From: Eledone cirrhosa
Lineage: Eukaryota
Assembly (NCBI GenBank): GCA_964016885.1
Contig: CAXHJY010000635.1
Location: 1-32,902, forward strand
Direction: 5' to 3'
DNA length: 32,902 bases
A program made the translations under genes and the position numbers. The first letter of the stretch is position 1, and the number at the start of each line of letters is the position of its first letter. This document shows positions 27,656 to 32,902 of this stretch, one piece after another. The notes under the pieces were generated by a model. The model was not told where the DNA came from, searched no databases, and saw nothing but the letters and a program-made list of their open reading frames with translations.

Positions 27656-27757
27656 TGTCTATGTGTGAATATATGTCTATATTCGTACGTGTGTATTTAT
27701 GTATGTATATGTTTATATGTATGTATGTATGTGTATGTATGTATGTATATATATATA

Positions 27758-27796
<39 letters not shown>

Positions 27797-27915
27797 CTTC
27801 ATTATTATAATATAACTTATGTGTATGTGTGTATAAGTGAGGTTGTGTATGTGTATATAATATGTATAAATATAAGTGTAAAAAAATATATATATATGTG
27901 CATGTCTGTTTTTTA

Positions 27916-27947
<32 letters not shown>

Positions 27948-28081
27948 CGTGTGTATATATATGTATATGTGGGTGTTTGTATGTGTATTTATGGTGGTAT
28001 AAGTGTGTGGATATCTATGTGTATATATATATTTATATGTATGTATGAGTGTATGTGTGTGTATATACATATATATATATA

Positions 28082-28120
<39 letters not shown>

Positions 28121-28393
28121 ATGTATGTGTATATGTATATCTCTATTAATGCGTGTGTGTATGTATATACATATGCCTTTTTATTATTATTTTTATTTGT
28201 ATGTCTGAGTTTATGTGAGGTTGTAGCGGTTTTTTATGTATATACGCATATATGGATGCGTATGTATTTGTATATATGAGTATAAGTAAGTACATATGTA
28301 TGTATGATTATATATCTAATTCTATGTATGAATATACATGTGTATATATATATGTGTGTATGTAAGTTGTGTGTGTATGTATCTATATGTCTA

Positions 28394-28424
<31 letters not shown>

Positions 28425-28505
28425 GTATGTCGATGTGCGTATATGTACATGTATGTACATGTATGTGTGTGTGTATGCGTATGTATATTTAGATGTATGT
28501 GTATG

Positions 28506-28539
<34 letters not shown>

Positions 28540-28800
28540 TATGTGTATATATATATATGGGTATATATCTTTATTATTTATTTTTTTTATATATATGTGT
28601 ATGTGTGTATGTGTTGCGTGCGTGTGTGTGTATATATATATCTTTATATATGTGTATGTGTATGTTCGTGTAGGTGTATGTGTGTGTATGACTGTATATG
28701 TATGTGTGTATGTGTGTATGCGTAAATATTTCTATGTGTGTGTACATGTATGTATGTGTATATATCTGTATGTGTATGTATATTATATTATATTTATTAT
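26350..28800. repeat. Low-complexity TA/TG/TATG tracts inside the PLE-C 3' UTR (mirrored at ~17410-19860)
   Basis: The irregular pattern is reproduced almost base for base in both arms. Confidence 0.9.
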
Positions 28801-29365
28801 ATTTTATTGTTTTATTTTTTTATTTTTCTTAATTTATAGATACATTTATATTAGGCAGTCTGCTCAGACAATTGAATACTGACCCTTCCCCCCCCCTCCC
28901 ACCTAATTTCTGTATCTTGATCTAGAAATGTGTGTACCAGTGTTTTATGTGAGTGAATTAATATCCATGTGCTTATGATTTTATATCCACATATATAAAT
29001 GTGAGTGGGGGTGTGTGTGTGTTTGTATGTTCGTGGTTATGTGTATATTTATGCATATACGCGCGTGTATGTGTGATTGTACTGATATGTGTGAGTATGA
29101 AAAAATATATTTATATACTTGATTTCATAAGTATCAATGCGCATCTTATCTGCGCAAAGTAAGCTTACAGAGACATTAACCTTGAAATTTTGTATTTGCA
29201 TCCATCCTTTTAGTATGCGTATACAAATTATACATACATTTTTGTAAAATATGTGTAAGGGTTTTACATGTATATACACACACCAAACTGCATTTAACCC
29301 TTTGTGTTTTCATTGGTCAATTTTGAACTGAAATTTTGAATTGTTGTTATTATCAATAAATATAC

Positions 29366-29520
29366 TTCATTATTTCTGAAGACGGCGTATATATGTGTTT
29401 GGTATGTATATTTAATCTTGATAATTTGTATAATTTTGTATAATTTTGTACATAGATCTGTTGAATATGCATACCAATTCTAACACATATATATCCTAGA
29501 AACGATCGTTAAATAATGAA
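29366..29520 (+). ncRNA. Long-stem-II hammerhead, PLE-C 3' pLTR
   Basis: Identical to 22947-23101. Confidence 0.87.
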
Positions 29521-29705
29521 CTTTTTTTGTTTAATATAAGGAATTGTTTATTCATTATTTGTTTAATATTTTATCTTGACTCTGTATACCGTTTATCTTT
29601 CACCGAAAGTGGTTTTTCATTACATCTCTTCTTTCCATGATATCCGGAATACATTGAGTTCTTCATACGGATTGGACACTACCGTAAACTCTTGGTAGAT
29701 TTATC

Positions 29706-29766
<61 letters not shown>

Positions 29767-29768
<2 letters not shown>

Positions 29769-30114
29769 CATCATTTTCATCATCATTTCATTTTACGTTC
29801 GCTTTTTCCCTGCTTGCAAGGGTGGGACGGGAACTGATTCTGGCTTGATTTCTACAGCTGGATGCCCTTCCTAACACCAACCTCATTTACAGTGAGTGCT
29901 GGGTGCTTTTTTGCCGTGGCACCTCCACGACCACTTTGCAGTGGAATGATAGGGACCCCAGTCCATATCATCTCATTTCTACAGCTGAGTAAACTGGAGC
30001 AATGTGAAATAAAGTGTCTTGCTCAAGGAAACAACACATCACCCGGTCTGAGAATTGAACTCACAACATTTTGATTGCAAGGCCAATGCTCTAACCACTA
30101 AGCCATGTGCCTCC
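29767..30114 (-). mobile_element. tRNA-derived CORE-type SINE with an RTE-derived 3' tail
   Basis: Minus strand starts GGAGGCACATGGCTTAGTGGTTAGAGC (A box), GTTCAATTC (B box), CCTTGAGCAAGACACTT (CORE-like), then GGTTGGTGTTAGGAAGGGCATCCAGCTGTAGAAA and an (ATG)n tail like the RTE 3' end. Confidence 0.88.

Positions 30115-32902
<2,788 letters not shown>

Larger units (their letters stand above)
22400..29711 (+). mobile_element. PLE-C: full-length, apparently intact Penelope-like element (pLTR-ORF-3'UTR-pLTR)
   Basis: ~890-bp direct repeats 22401-23292 and 28822-29711, differing visibly only in a poly-C run; intact ORF; 3' end in (TA)n. Confidence 0.95.

Noticed and set aside
16639-29574. Assembly fold-back artefact
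   Set aside because: The arms end at different positions with different flanks, enclose a 1.4-kb asymmetric spacer and differ at a few sites. Considered unlikely, but read support is still needed.
22401-29711. LTR retrotransposon (890-bp direct repeats)
   Set aside because: No gag, protease or integrase, no TG...CA ends or PBS; the RT and GIY-YIG identify PLE pseudo-LTRs.

Overview
Eukaryotic, gene-free, very AT-rich window. It is probably a coleoid cephalopod such as Octopus, inferred only from the recalled style of the SINE/LINE tails. It is a (TA)n microsatellite scaffold packed with retroelements, nearly all bounded by TA. In order: (1) an apparently identical 467-bp non-coding tandem array, each unit carrying a type I hammerhead ribozyme (HHR), i.e. 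retrozyme-like; (2) a 5'-truncated CR1/L2-type LINE; (3) a 1.5-kb head-to-head palindrome of a Penelope-like element (PLE) 3' end (GIY-YIG C-terminus + HHR core); (4) a 5'-truncated RTE LINE with a PHD-like finger; (5) a decayed full-length PLE in partial tandem with a variant HHR; (6) a ~532-nt non-coding HHR element whose inverted copy wraps around into its own start, implying a circular or multimeric template; (7) a 13-kb structure made of an intact PLE (RT + C-terminal GIY-YIG) and a near-identical 5.8-kb inverted copy, whose pLTRs carry an HHR with a ~116-nt stem II; (8) a tRNA-derived CORE-type SINE sharing the RTE 3' tail. The main signal is five distinct HHR families (12 copies) shared between autonomous PLEs and ORF-less elements, together with repeated outward-facing inverted insertions. 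All structures were paired by eye; no folding, alignment or database search was run.
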